Counted from the stretch's first letter, positions 8,246 to 18,529 are shown. The stretch is DNA of 64,000 nt from a bacterium (GCA_965205865.1 CBDBHR010000028.1:352001-416000); one strand, 5' to 3'. The notes: generated by a model from the letters alone, not told the origin. Numbers and translations are program-made.

Positions 8246-10354
8246 ATGTATCTTAAGAATTTTCTGGCCCCGGTCATGGGGCTGCCCGTGGCAAGCGTCG
8301 TGTCTGCTGCGAAAACCCGATTCGCCCCATGTCGGGTGAATCGTTCTCAAAACCCTCAATTTAGAGAGGTTCTTATGTATTGTATTATGAAGAAATTTGT
8401 CGCTCCCCTCATGGGGCTAAACGTGGCAGGCAACTTGTCTGCGGCGAAAACCCGATTCGCCCCATGGGTGAATCGTTCTTTCCATCCTCAATCAAAAGAG
8501 ATTACTATGGGTATTATAAAGAAACTTGTTGCCTCCATCGCGAGGCTGGACCCGGCAGGCTCTTTGTCTGCTGCAAAACTCATCTCGGTGCTGTTGGCCC
8601 TCCTCCTGGGTACGTTTGTTCTTGGAATGGGTCCGACTAACGCGGCTGAGAAGAAAATGCTCAAAGACCCTACCACTGGCCAGATGGTGACCGCGCCCGA
8701 GTATGGCGGGACAGTAAATCTCCCCCAGCAGGACTGGTGGGCTGACCAGTGGGACGTCTATTATGCGCACGTGCGGCATTCTGCTGGCGTTCTCGAGCAC
8801 CTGGGCATGAGGAACTGGGGCATAGATAGAGACGAATTCGACTTTCAGGGTGTCACACCTGTATCTGCCCTCACGGGGATGCTGGCGGAAAGCTGGTCGC
8901 AACCCAATCCACTGACTTATGTCTTTAAAATCCGCCAGGGCGTTTACTGGCATAAGAAGGCCCCTATGCACGGTCGAGAATTAACGGCCGATGACATCGT
9001 ATACAACTATCAGCGTCTGGCGGGTCTGGGCAAGTTCAGTGACGCCGAACCTTCCCCGATGCGTGAGTGGGCTACTCTGCCATTCGAATCAATAACGACC
9101 ACCGACAAATGGACGGTCGTTTTTAAGTTGACGGAGCCAAATCTCGCTATGCTGGAGACTCTCTTGGACGACTATATGGCTCAGATATACCCACCCGAGG
9201 TAATCGAGGAAACAAGGACTGCTGAAGCGCCGGTGGGCAAGCTTGTGGATGTGATGGACCTGGTCGGCACCGGGCCCTATGAGCTGAGCGACCTGGTCGT
9301 TGGCAGCTCGGTTCTCTATACCAAGAATCCTAATTACTGGGGTTATGACGAAAAATATCCGGAGAACCGCCTGCCCTATATCGACGAGATCAGGACACTG
9401 GTTATAAAAGACATGGCAACACTTCTGTCCGCACTGCGCACGGGCAAGGTTGATTACATCGGTTGGCCGGCCGCCTCCTCAACAATAAGTAACCTCGACG
9501 ATGTAGACAGCCTCCGCCGGACCCGCCCCGAAATCCAGCTGTGGCCGATAAAGTTTCGGAACTTGAACGCTTATGCCATGGACGTACGCCAGCCGCCCTT
9601 TGACGACATCCGGGTGCGCCATGCCATGCAGATGGCACTGGACCGTGAGAGCATAAACAATTCGCAATATAAGGGTCTGGGGGACAACACACCATACGGG
9701 ATATCTGCGGTCAAAGGGTATACCATCCCATTTGCGCAGTGGCCCGAAGAGCTCAAGAAGACCTATAACTATGACCCGGAAGGGGCAGAGGCGTTGCTCG
9801 ATGCGGCTGGATATCCGCGCGGTGCCGACGGCACCAGGTTCAAGACCAAGGTCCATATACCGGATTGGTTCGATGCCACCTACACAGAAATAGCCAGCTC
9901 CTACTGGGGTGAGATTGGCGTTGACGTAGAGATTCTCCTCCATGATGGTCTTACATATAACGCTATGGTGCGTGAACATACTTATGAAGGTCTCGCCATG
10001 GCCAATTCGGCTGCCCAATTTTCCCCTGGCATAACGGTGAATTGGGCTCATTCGACCGATAATTTTGGCGTGAACGCGCCCGGATGGCAGGACCTCAAGC
10101 TGGACGCCATGGTTGAAGCCGCTTTAGCCGCAGACAGCATTGAGGAGCAGAAGAGGCTGATCACAGAGGTGGACATGTACCAGATAGAGAATCGTGGCTG
10201 GGTATACGGTACGCTCGTTCCAATCTTCTTCGCGAACTGGCCATGGCTCAAAGGCTACAATGGTGAGCTTGGTTTGGGACAGCACGGCGATTTGGGCACC
10301 CTATTCTCCCGCCTCTGGCTTGATCCGGACCTGAAGAAAGAAATGGGGTATTAG
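8246..10354 (+). CDS. ABC transporter substrate-binding protein, family 5 (alternative starts at 8375 and 8507)
   Basis: LAESW, GTGPY and PPFDDIRVRHAMQMALDR motifs; hydrophobic signal peptide after the third Met. Confidence 0.9.
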   Translation: MYLKNFLAPVMGLPVASVVSAAKTRFAPCRVNRSQNPQFREVLMYCIMKKFVAPLMGLNVAGNLSAAKTRFAPWVNRSFHPQSKEITMGIIKKLVASIARLDPAGSLSAAKLISVLLALLLGTFVLGMGPTNAAEKKMLKDPTTGQMVTAPEYGGTVNLPQQDWWADQWDVYYAHVRHSAGVLEHLGMRNWGIDRDEFDFQGVTPVSALTGMLAESWSQPNPLTYVFKIRQGVYWHKKAPMHGRELTADDIVYNYQRLAGLGKFSDAEPSPMREWATLPFESITTTDKWTVVFKLTEPNLAMLETLLDDYMAQIYPPEVIEETRTAEAPVGKLVDVMDLVGTGPYELSDLVVGSSVLYTKNPNYWGYDEKYPENRLPYIDEIRTLVIKDMATLLSALRTGKVDYIGWPAASSTISNLDDVDSLRRTRPEIQLWPIKFRNLNAYAMDVRQPPFDDIRVRHAMQMALDRESINNSQYKGLGDNTPYGISAVKGYTIPFAQWPEELKKTYNYDPEGAEALLDAAGYPRGADGTRFKTKVHIPDWFDATYTEIASSYWGEIGVDVEILLHDGLTYNAMVREHTYEGLAMANSAAQFSPGITVNWAHSTDNFGVNAPGWQDLKLDAMVEAALAADSIEEQKRLITEVDMYQIENRGWVYGTLVPIFFANWPWLKGYNGELGLGQHGDLGTLFSRLWLDPDLKKEMGY

Positions 10355-10363
10355 GGGTTTCCC

Positions 10364-11329
10364 GTGAGAGTCTATCTCATCAGGCGGTTATTGCTGATCA
10401 TCCCCACCCTGTTCATCTCGAGCATCCTGGTCTTTCTCTCGGTGCGCTTCATCCCGGGCGATGCAATAAACTTAATCATGGATAGGATGGTCAATGTGGC
10501 GGGTGGCGGAGGCGCGATTGACCGTGAAGCTATTGAGCGCATGCTGGGACTGGACGTGCCCGTCTACGTGCAGTATGGACGCTGGCTGGGAGATATCCTC
10601 CGGCACGGCATCCTTGGCGAATCACTGTGGGGCGCCGGGTCGGTAGAAGAGGAGATATTTGATAGGTTGCCGGTCACCCTTCAGCTGGGTGTCATGGCAA
10701 TCGTCATCGGGCTCGTGATCGCGCTGCCCGTGGGCGTCTACTCGGCGATTCGTCAGGATACGGCTGCCGACTACCTGGGGCGCAGCATCGCCATCATCGG
10801 TCTGGCCACGCCGAACTTCTGGCTGGCCATTATGGTCATGCTCTACCCCTCACTCTGGTGGAACTGGTCGCCCTCGATGCTGCTGATTCCGTTCTCCGAA
10901 GACCCGCTGGGCAATCTGGGGATGTTCCTCATTCCCAGCCTGATTCTGGGAACGGCCACGGCTGCCAGCACCATGCGCCTGACGCGCACCATGATGCTGG
11001 AGGTGCTCCGGCAGGATTATATCCGCACCGCCTGGGCCAAGGGGCTCAAGGAGCGGGTCGTCGTTCTGGGACACGCCCTCAAGAATGCCTTCATCCCGGT
11101 CGTGACCCTGATCGGCATGGAGTTGCCTCTCCTGGTCGGGGGTTCCGTAATCATGGAGAACATCTTTAACCTGCCGGGGCTCGGTCGTCTCTTTCTGAAT
11201 GCCCTGCAAAACAGAGACTACCCGGTGGTCTCCGGAGTCAACCTGTTTTTCGCCGCCGGGGTGATGCTGTTCAATCTCCTCATCGACCTGATTTATCCCT
11301 ATTTGGACCCGAGGGTAAGGTATGAATAG
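10364..11329 (+). CDS. ABC permease (DppB/OppB-like)
   Basis: MLEVLRQDYIRTAWAKG loop; ends YLDPRVRYE. Confidence 0.95.
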   Translation: MRVYLIRRLLLIIPTLFISSILVFLSVRFIPGDAINLIMDRMVNVAGGGGAIDREAIERMLGLDVPVYVQYGRWLGDILRHGILGESLWGAGSVEEEIFDRLPVTLQLGVMAIVIGLVIALPVGVYSAIRQDTAADYLGRSIAIIGLATPNFWLAIMVMLYPSLWWNWSPSMLLIPFSEDPLGNLGMFLIPSLILGTATAASTMRLTRTMMLEVLRQDYIRTAWAKGLKERVVVLGHALKNAFIPVVTLIGMELPLLVGGSVIMENIFNLPGLGRLFLNALQNRDYPVVSGVNLFFAAGVMLFNLLIDLIYPYLDPRVRYE

Positions 11330-11414
11330 TCGTTATGCTTCTGGTAAATATAGGTTTGAGATTCGTATGTAAGAAGAAGTCCCTGCGGGACTGTATTATA
11401 GAACAATCCGCAAA

Positions 11415-12383
11415 ATGAATAACACCCAAGAAACACAATCAGCAGTCAGTGAGCCCAAGCGACGGGGCCGGTTTGCGGATTTCTTGATCAGACTGGCCAG
11501 GGAGAAGCCCCTGGGGACTGCCTGCGGGATGATCGTCTTGCTCTTGATTGTGGTGGCGATTTTTGCCGATGTTTTGGCTCCTTATCCCCATCGTGAAATA
11601 CACATGGCCGACCGGCTGACTGGCCCATCAGCCCGGTATCTCCTGGGGACCGACCACGTGGGGCGAGACTTCTTGAGCCGTATCCTCTATGGGGCTCGTC
11701 ATTCCTTAACGGTCGGTCTGGCCGCCACCACGCTCAATGTGGTGATCGCACTCCTCATCGGCGGCACTTCCGGATTCTTTGGGGGGAAAGTGGACCTGGC
11801 GGTGCAGCGCTTTGTCGATGCCTGGATTACTTTCCCGGGGCTGCTGCTCTTGTTAACCCTCATGTCCCTCGCGGGACGGGGTTTGATCCAGATCATCCTG
11901 GTCCTGGGGATATCCGGAGGCATCGGCGCCTCGAGAGTCATCAGAGGCGCCGTGATCGGTATTAAAGAGAATGATTACTTTCTGGCAGCCAGGGCCGTGG
12001 GCACCTCGACAAGCCAAATCCTGATCCGCCATGTCCTGCCCAATATTATACCGCCCCTCCTCATCATCTTTTCCATCAACATCGGCGGGGTCATCATTGC
12101 CGAGGCATCGCTGAGCTTTCTCGGATTCGGTCTGCCCCTCGACATTCCCAGCTGGGGAGGTCTGCTCAGCCGGGAAGGGCGCAGATACATGGAGCAGGCG
12201 CCCTGGCTGGCTCTCTGGCCGGGGCTGTGCCTGACGATTACCGTCTACAGCCTCAACATGTTCGGCGATGCTGTGAGAGACCTGCTCGATCCCCGGCTGA
12301 AGGGTGGGCAGGGAAGTTACAGCGCCGCAGGGAAACGCAAAAGAGGTCTCTTTGCCCGGCTGATCAACCCTTTCAAATGGTGA
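11415..12383 (+). CDS. ABC permease (DppC/OppC-like)
   Basis: LLGTDHVGRD, HVLPN and FGDAVRDLLDPR motifs. Confidence 0.95.
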   Translation: MNNTQETQSAVSEPKRRGRFADFLIRLAREKPLGTACGMIVLLLIVVAIFADVLAPYPHREIHMADRLTGPSARYLLGTDHVGRDFLSRILYGARHSLTVGLAATTLNVVIALLIGGTSGFFGGKVDLAVQRFVDAWITFPGLLLLLTLMSLAGRGLIQIILVLGISGGIGASRVIRGAVIGIKENDYFLAARAVGTSTSQILIRHVLPNIIPPLLIIFSINIGGVIIAEASLSFLGFGLPLDIPSWGGLLSREGRRYMEQAPWLALWPGLCLTITVYSLNMFGDAVRDLLDPRLKGGQGSYSAAGKRKRGLFARLINPFKW

Positions 12384-12722
12384 GCGCACAAAACATGTCC
12401 ACGTGAAAACGGGGAGGAACCCGTCCCTTTTTCTTTCCTCCTACCCCGCTGATACGATGGACTTCATCTTTGACATCTTGCTGAATTCCAATCGATTTGA
12501 CTTGGCTATATTTGGAAAAGAAAGGTCTCGTAAAAACGGTTTCGCAAGTTGCTCAATCTCGAAGATGTCTGGGGCTACGAGGATAGTCGAGGACCGCTCC
12601 CCTGGCGTGAACGAGCCTCCGGAAAGACTTGATCCCGCATTTTTGAGGAACTGCTCACCTTCAATAGACAACAGTATCGCATTGTGAACGACCCTACCAC
12701 CAAAGACCATATGTATTTGAAC

Positions 12723-12872
12723 TATACTCTGAACGGGTTTAAATTTCACTTTTCAAAGACCTGTCATTCTGAGCTAAGGGGGCTGCCTAAGCAAGAATCT
12801 CATGGGAATCAAGAAGATCCTTCGGTTCCCTCAGGATGACAAAAAATGAAGAAAACATCCGTTCACAGTATA
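12723..12872. mobile_element. MITE with internal REP-like palindrome
   Basis: Terminal IR TATACTCTGAACGG / CCGTTCACAGTATA enclosing TGTCATTCTGAG...CTCAGGATGACA. Confidence 0.6.
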
Positions 12873-12892
12873 TGTTTCCGTCGAGGCATCCT

Positions 12893-14551
12893 AGTTAATC
12901 AGTGTTATTTATTTGAAAAGGATTATATTCTGGGTGATCTTTGAGAAACTGCATCCGATAGGAGATCGGCATGTTATTCCAGTAATTTTCAAAAGCCGGA
13001 GCCCAAAACAAGTTGCATACCGAATTGAGCATCACGACATGGGATTTTGCTCCTTGTATGGATTTGTATCGCACTTTATCCTCAGAAAAATGATGATCTT
13101 TTGTTCCAAAAGTACCGGTTTCAGTATCCCAGTGCAGTAAAACGCGGTTGATAATGTTCTCAACGTTCCAGTTTGCAGAGGGATAACTAGAGAGAAAGTA
13201 CTGAGTTTCGAGGTGTTGTGTCTCCAGATTGGTCTTGTCGATTACGAAAGCTTCTCTCACCCCGGGATAGCCAGAAAATTTGAGTCCTACTATTCTACAA
13301 AGACGACGAGAATGAATCGCCCCTCCTGCCAACCGTGCCTGTTCAAAATAGTGACCATCGGGATGTTTTTCTTTGGCAAAGGAGGTCCAATCCAGCAGAC
13401 GATCAAAGATCTCTCCAGCATTTTGTTTGATTCTAAAAATAAAAAAAGCCAACGACGGTCAGCCATTTGCAGAATTCACGAACACAAAATCCCGCATCCC
13501 CACTAACAAGAATATCACCCTGTTGAGGAAGGGGCGCTAAGGCATCGAGCACCGATAAAGCCGCTCCCCACTCTCCCTTACGATCGAGCTGAGTTTCTCT
13601 GGCTCCGATTATATGGCGATGCCGATTGCCATCGGAATCTAGCTGGGTCTGTGTTACATGAACAAAGCGTTCTTGGACTTCCATATTGTAGGAGGCTTTG
13701 ACGACCTTGCCATCCAATAACAAATCTATTCTCTCTTGCTTTTGAAGCGATTCGGTTGTGCCTGAAGCATTCGACTCCTTCGAGACAGAAGGTTCTGAAG
13801 GTTTGGATAAATTTTGCTTTGAGGCAAGGGGCTTGCTCTTGGATACCCCGGTTCGTTTTGCTGCTGCCGCACTCATTCCTTGAGCTTTTTCTTGGGCTTC
13901 TCGCTCTTGCTTGATCTGTTGCATACGAGTTTGATCCTTCTTTTGTTGCTCCTGACGAAATTCATCCAAAATGACTTGGGGATCTCGCAGTTTTCGTTGA
14001 ACTACCAGTTCAGGAACATAGCCCAAACGTTTCCACAGGGGAGCCAAAACCACGTTGGCCTCATCCCAATCGATGCGTCTGAGTAAAGCGTACACCGCTG
14101 GACGGGTCGGGAGAACTCCTAATTGACGAGTCACCTCCGGATCACGTTGACTTTGTTTTTTGGGAAAGAGAATACCGATATGCCGGGTCCCTGAAAGAAG
14201 ACCTGAAATAATACGATGAAGAATCAAAGACAACGGATAGATACTCAAGGACTCCTGGCGAGGATCTTTTACACCTTTGAGACAATTCCAGTAAATCTCT
14301 GATAGATCAGAAAATAACTCTGGCGCTAACGGAGAGGGAAGAATTTATTCAAAACTTCCATCTTCAAGGCTGGCTTTGTGGACCATCCGTAACTCACTGC
14401 GTTCACGGCGATGCAAGGAAACTGCTCCGCTTCCACCTCGACCTGGACGAATAAACATAGGCTGTTAAATGGACAATTGGTTAATCATGCTTTACAAAAA
14501 ACAAATATGCTGGCAAATGAGAAAGATGTCAAGCAAATGTAGTGATTAACT
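12893..14551 (-). mobile_element. ISAs1-like insertion sequence, degenerate
   Basis: Transposase motifs DPRQ, DGKVVKAS, GDAGFC and HWDTE..KDHHFSED, split into 13433-14248 and 12895-13452 at a T7 run. In-frame TAA near the N-terminus; ~25-bp imperfect IR starting AGTTAATCA at both ends. Confidence 0.75.
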
Positions 14552-14554
14552 CGG

Positions 14555-14656
14555 ATGAGCAATATCGTGGGAGGACGTGAAAACGATTGATATTCCCCGG
14601 GAATCTTTTTTAATGATATTGAACTAAACGGGTTTTTCAGAGACCTGAATAGTTAC
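14555..14656. repeat. Dispersed repeat, copy C (CTGAATAGTTAC end)
   Basis: Similar to 8106-8223; lies where the distal arm of the ribokinase-cassette attC would be expected. Confidence 0.8.
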
Positions 14657-14702
14657 ATCGAAAGTACTAAAAGGATCGGATAAAACGTTCAACTTATTTT
14701 GT

Positions 14703-15415
14703 GTGTGCCCGGCATGGGCATGAACTTATGGGGTGTGAGTTCCCTGTACATTATCCGAAAAGTATACTAGTCAGCTTATGATTACAACTTTAAAAAGTAC
14801 TAGCCGAGGGCAAGTGCGGGGAGGTGACGAGCCGTGCGGAGGAAGCCTGAGCGCAAACCTACGAGTCGACGGACAGAAACAGCATATAAGGCTGAACTTC
14901 GGGGCGAGCAAGCACAACATTGCGATGTCCACTCGGATTAAGGAGGATGGTAAATGCTGCGATTGTGTAGGGAAAGTTCATGCTCTTACCCGGGGAGATC
15001 TGCTTTACATGCGGAATACCGGGGGAACCAAGAGACTAGAAGACCGTGGAAAACGGAACACTCTCCTCTTGGTTTCAATGGAATTCAGCGCCTTTGGTGG
15101 TAACATCGAAGGTGATGATGCAGAAGTCAGCCGAGGGTGAGAAAATCTCATTTATGAGATAGAAGGCCTGAGCGCAGTGTGGACAGGGAGGTATTTGTGA
15201 GTTCTGTTTCTCAATTATCCTCGAACCGAGGAGTTGGAAATGGGCACGTCGCAGAAGAACCGTCTGTCAATCTAAGATTCATTACCCCGCTTCGGTGCGG
15301 TAGACACTTGGTATCGTTTAGATACCTCTACCTGATAGTAGGCGAGGCGCCACTTACGGACCCGTATGAGTGGTGCTGTGGGAGGAAGGGGAGAAAACCC
15401 CCTTCCTATCCCGAT
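14703..15415 (+). mobile_element. ORF-less group IIC intron inserted in an attC site
   Basis: 5' GTGTGCCCGGCATGGG; short domain V GAGGCGCCACTTACGGACCCGTATGAGTGGTG (CGC triad); 3' CCCGAT; flanks rejoin as TTGT/TGGATTG. Confidence 0.9.
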
Positions 15416-16293
15416 TGGATTGTGTTCAGTTCTTTTCGGTACGGGATGGAATCCGAAGCACCTGCCCTGGTTACACAGATTGAAGCAGCATGGCATCCAA
15501 GTGACAAAGCCTTGCTCGGATCATTGTTGTGCATGAGTTCAGCAAGAAAGTAGCCGATAAACGTGTCGCCGGCTGCGGTAGTATCAACGGCCTCCACCGG
15601 GAAGGCGGGTTGCCGATGATGGGTATCAGCATCGAAATACAAAACCCTTTCCTTCCCCAGGGTCAGAACAGTGACAGCGTTCGGAAATTGCCTGCACATT
15701 TCAATACGGACATCTTCTACCGTAGTCTTGCCCGTCATCCCCTCCGCTTCGGTCTCATTGAGAATAAAAATATCAACGGATTGCAGCGGATAATCGAGAA
15801 CAGCCGAGGTCATTGGAGCAGGATTAAATACAATTCGCAATCCATGCTGTTTGCCCATTAGAATTGCCTCCGCCACCGAACTGGTCTCGTTCTGAAGGAG
15901 GAGATAGTCATCTCGTGAGCAGGATGATAGCGCACGTGCGATGGTGGGTGGACTCACGGTGTGATTCGCTCCGCTATAGAGTAAGATAGCGTTCTCGCCG
16001 GTGGGAACCACCTGGATAATTGCATGCCCCATCGCGGTTTCTGCCACTTCCACATGTGTGATATCAACGCCCTCTTTTGCAAGGCGATCGAGTAGCCATT
16101 CGGCATCCTTGCCTACCATTCCTGTGTGCCGTGTTACCGCCCCTGCTCGAGCCAATGCGATTGATTGGTTGAATCCCTTGCCACCAGCAAAGATTTCATA
16201 CCGGGAGCTGGCAAGGGTCTCTCCCGGACGAACGAAGTGCTCGACCGCATATACATGATCAACGTTAATTGATCCGACATTCACTATCTGCAT
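15406..16293 (-). CDS. rbsK: Ribokinase (PfkB family), integron cassette
   Basis: GSINVD, GGKGFNQ, NPAP, NETE and DTTAAGDTF motifs. Confidence 0.85.
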   Translation of the reverse strand: MQIVNVGSINVDHVYAVEHFVRPGETLASSRYEIFAGGKGFNQSIALARAGAVTRHTGMVGKDAEWLLDRLAKEGVDITHVEVAETAMGHAIIQVVPTGENAILLYSGANHTVSPPTIARALSSCSRDDYLLLQNETSSVAEAILMGKQHGLRIVFNPAPMTSAVLDYPLQSVDIFILNETEAEGMTGKTTVEDVRIEMCRQFPNAVTVLTLGKERVLYFDADTHHRQPAFPVEAVDTTAAGDTFIGYFLAELMHNNDPSKALSLGCHAASICVTRAGASDSIPYRKELNTIQSG

Positions 16294-16305
16294 CTTTTTC
16301 TTTCA

Positions 16306-16429
16306 ATCCAACGTTCAGCGTGAGAGCGGCAGACCAGAGATGAAGTTTAGCAAAAAAAGGAGGTCTCGATTTACCAAAGAAGTTGGAAAAAAGCACAGGT
16401 CTGCCGTTACTTCAACGCACTTGTTAGGC
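16306..16429 (-). other. attC site (124 bp)
   Basis: On the minus strand R'' GCCTAAC ... R' GTTGGAT, with an inner CGGCAGACC / GGTCTGCCG palindrome. Confidence 0.85.
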
Positions 16430-16701
16430 AGTCAAACGCTTGACATTTAGTATATTACGATGTTGCTCCGCTGCCATAAGTCATATTGCATTTGCTGGTT
16501 TAACCAGCTTTCGGAGGTTGAATCAAATGCGATTGACAATCGTACTGCCATTTCCGGACTAATTTTAGTTTGCCCATTAATGATAGTAGATAAAGTCTTA
16601 TGGCTGACACCTAATGCCTTAGCTGCTTCAGAAATACTCAACCCTAATGGTTCAAGGCATAATTCTTTAATAATTTCACCAGGATGAAGGGGATTGTGCA
16701 T
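16424..16701 (-). pseudogene. higA: HigA-family antitoxin with 3' frameshift; toxin absent
   Basis: [10 protein letters not shown]...[10 protein letters not shown]...ESWLNQQ. Adding one base restores [17 protein letters not shown], which ends in the TAA of the attC R''. Confidence 0.8.
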
Positions 16702-16753
16702 GGTGGTTTTGAAAATAGGCTTTCACAGAGAGACCGGACTCTTCAACCTTTTG

Positions 16754-17061
16754 AAAGAGTTTAAGAATGGCTGCTGGTCTTTCTTTTTCTTTTGTGATAG
16801 TTCTCAACGAAATCGCCTTTGGCTGAAGGTTTTATTTCAATTTTGCTAATATTTTAGCCGAAAGTCATGTAAAACCTCATTTCCTCCCCAGAGGATTTTT
16901 AGAAACGGTCAACGGGGAATTGAAAAGTGCCAAAAATGTTGACTGCTTTCTCTCAATATGAAAAAAATATTTTCGTTGATCATCAGAAGACATTCATGAA
17001 TGAATGAGTCGCCCTATTTAAAAATATCTTGACAACCATTTGTAGATCGAATATATATCTT
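16754..17061 (+). promoter_or_regulatory. Repeated non-coding promoter-bearing block, copy 1
   Basis: Closely matches 24973-25232; ends in TTGACA (17029-17034) followed by an AT-rich -10-like region. Confidence 0.65.
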
Positions 17062-17159
17062 AAATTCCAAAAACGGAAGAGCAATACGGACCCAAGAATC
17101 CGAGAACTCTAAGCCCAAGAGCGGCTAAACTCTTGGTTCATTTAAAAAGGAGAACCTTT

Positions 17160-18212
17160 ATGTCAGCAATACAGAAGGGCGGCACCGTCGCAGTCACGGG
17201 TGCCGCCGGATTTATCGGCAGCTGGGTAGTGCGGCGGCTGCTGGACAAGGGCTACCGCGTGCGTGCGTGCGTGCGCAACGCCGATGATGCAGCTCGCACC
17301 ACGTTCCTGCGGCAGATGTCCGGCTACGCGTCCGGGCGGCTTACCATCCACAGCGCCGACCTGGACCTGGCCGGCTGTTTCGACGAGGCCTTCGCCGGCT
17401 GTCATGGCGTGTGTCACGTGTCACATGTCAGCAAGTACAACGACATGGACTACGTGCAGATGGTGTGCGATCACACCATCGCCAGTATCGACAAGTCCGA
17501 GAGCGTCGGCCGGGTGATCGTCACCTCCAGCCTGGCCACCGTGCTGACCGAGGCGGATCCACAGGAGTGGGCGCGCCGGCCGGTGCTCTACGAAGACCGC
17601 TACCCCAACGAGCAGCATCCAGACTGGGGTCCGAAGCACCACGGCTACGCGATGAGTAAGCTCATCGCCGAGCGATCGTTCGCCCAGGCCGCGGTGCGCA
17701 GCGGCAGGTGGGAATCGATTGCCTGCCTGCCCTCCGACAACGTCGGGCCGATCCAGTCCGCGCATCAGAAGGACATGGGGCCGTGGCAGCACCGCATCGA
17801 GATGATGCTGCTGGGTGAGTACCCGCAGACCGAAGTGTATCGACCATGGATGCCGGTCGACGTGCGAGACGACGCCGACTGTCACATCGGCCTGCTCGAG
17901 AGCGTGCAGGTGCGCAGCGGCGAGCGCTACCTGGCCTGGGCGGCCGAAATGCGCAAGGTGGAAGCGATCGACCGTCGAATAGGCCAGCTGCTGCCCGAGA
18001 TCGGGCGGGCCGAAGCTTCGGTCGCCGATAGTCAATCTGCCGAGATCAAGGCGCAGGAGGTTGAGCTGCGGGCAATCTGGGCCGGCTGCGACCCGCGCAA
18101 CGACCGCATCCGCGCCGTTACCGGCGTTGAGTTCCGTCCGTTCGACGAGTCGCTGCGCGACTGCGTCGAGTCACTGCTTGCCGTCGCCAAGGTGCAGCCG
18201 CACGTGGCCTGA
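17160..18212 (+). CDS. NAD-dependent epimerase/dehydratase (extended SDR, DFR-like)
   Basis: TGAAGFIG and YAMSK (YxxxK) motifs; AAGGAG RBS; much higher GC than its flanks. Confidence 0.9.
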   Translation: MSAIQKGGTVAVTGAAGFIGSWVVRRLLDKGYRVRACVRNADDAARTTFLRQMSGYASGRLTIHSADLDLAGCFDEAFAGCHGVCHVSHVSKYNDMDYVQMVCDHTIASIDKSESVGRVIVTSSLATVLTEADPQEWARRPVLYEDRYPNEQHPDWGPKHHGYAMSKLIAERSFAQAAVRSGRWESIACLPSDNVGPIQSAHQKDMGPWQHRIEMMLLGEYPQTEVYRPWMPVDVRDDADCHIGLLESVQVRSGERYLAWAAEMRKVEAIDRRIGQLLPEIGRAEASVADSQSAEIKAQEVELRAIWAGCDPRNDRIRAVTGVEFRPFDESLRDCVESLLAVAKVQPHVA

Positions 18213-18529
18213 CTCCTGACGTATTGCACACGGCGAGTGCCAGTGCGACCCAGCTGCGCCACGATGCGTTGCGGTTATATATCGCCAATGATAAATCGGG
18301 AGTGACCCGCTGGAGTGTTGGTGTCTGTCCTCAGCAAGATTCGCTATTGTGATTTTGCTAATAGGGCGTTTCCTGGCGTGTTCCCTCTGGCCCGTGTCAA
18401 GGATTTCCTTTTTCAGCCTTTGTTCGTTTTTGCTTTTCTGTCATGGTACCTTGCTATCTTAAGCTTCAGGAGCTTCGTTTTTAGCCAACTGTTGAAAAAA
18501 GGTGTATAGATTTGTATTTGAGTCAGAGT

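Noticed and set aside
12403-12749. ORFs downstream of ABC operon 1
   Set aside because: No recognisable family in any frame; probably a decayed gene fragment.
14778-15553. ORFs inside the group IIC introns (also 18721-18981 and 7110-7604)
   Set aside because: They overlay structured intron RNA and lack RT motifs such as YADD.
17257-17275. (GCGT)4 tract as a phase-variation switch
   Set aside because: Short, and it encodes the ordinary family motif GYRVRACVR; likely coincidental.
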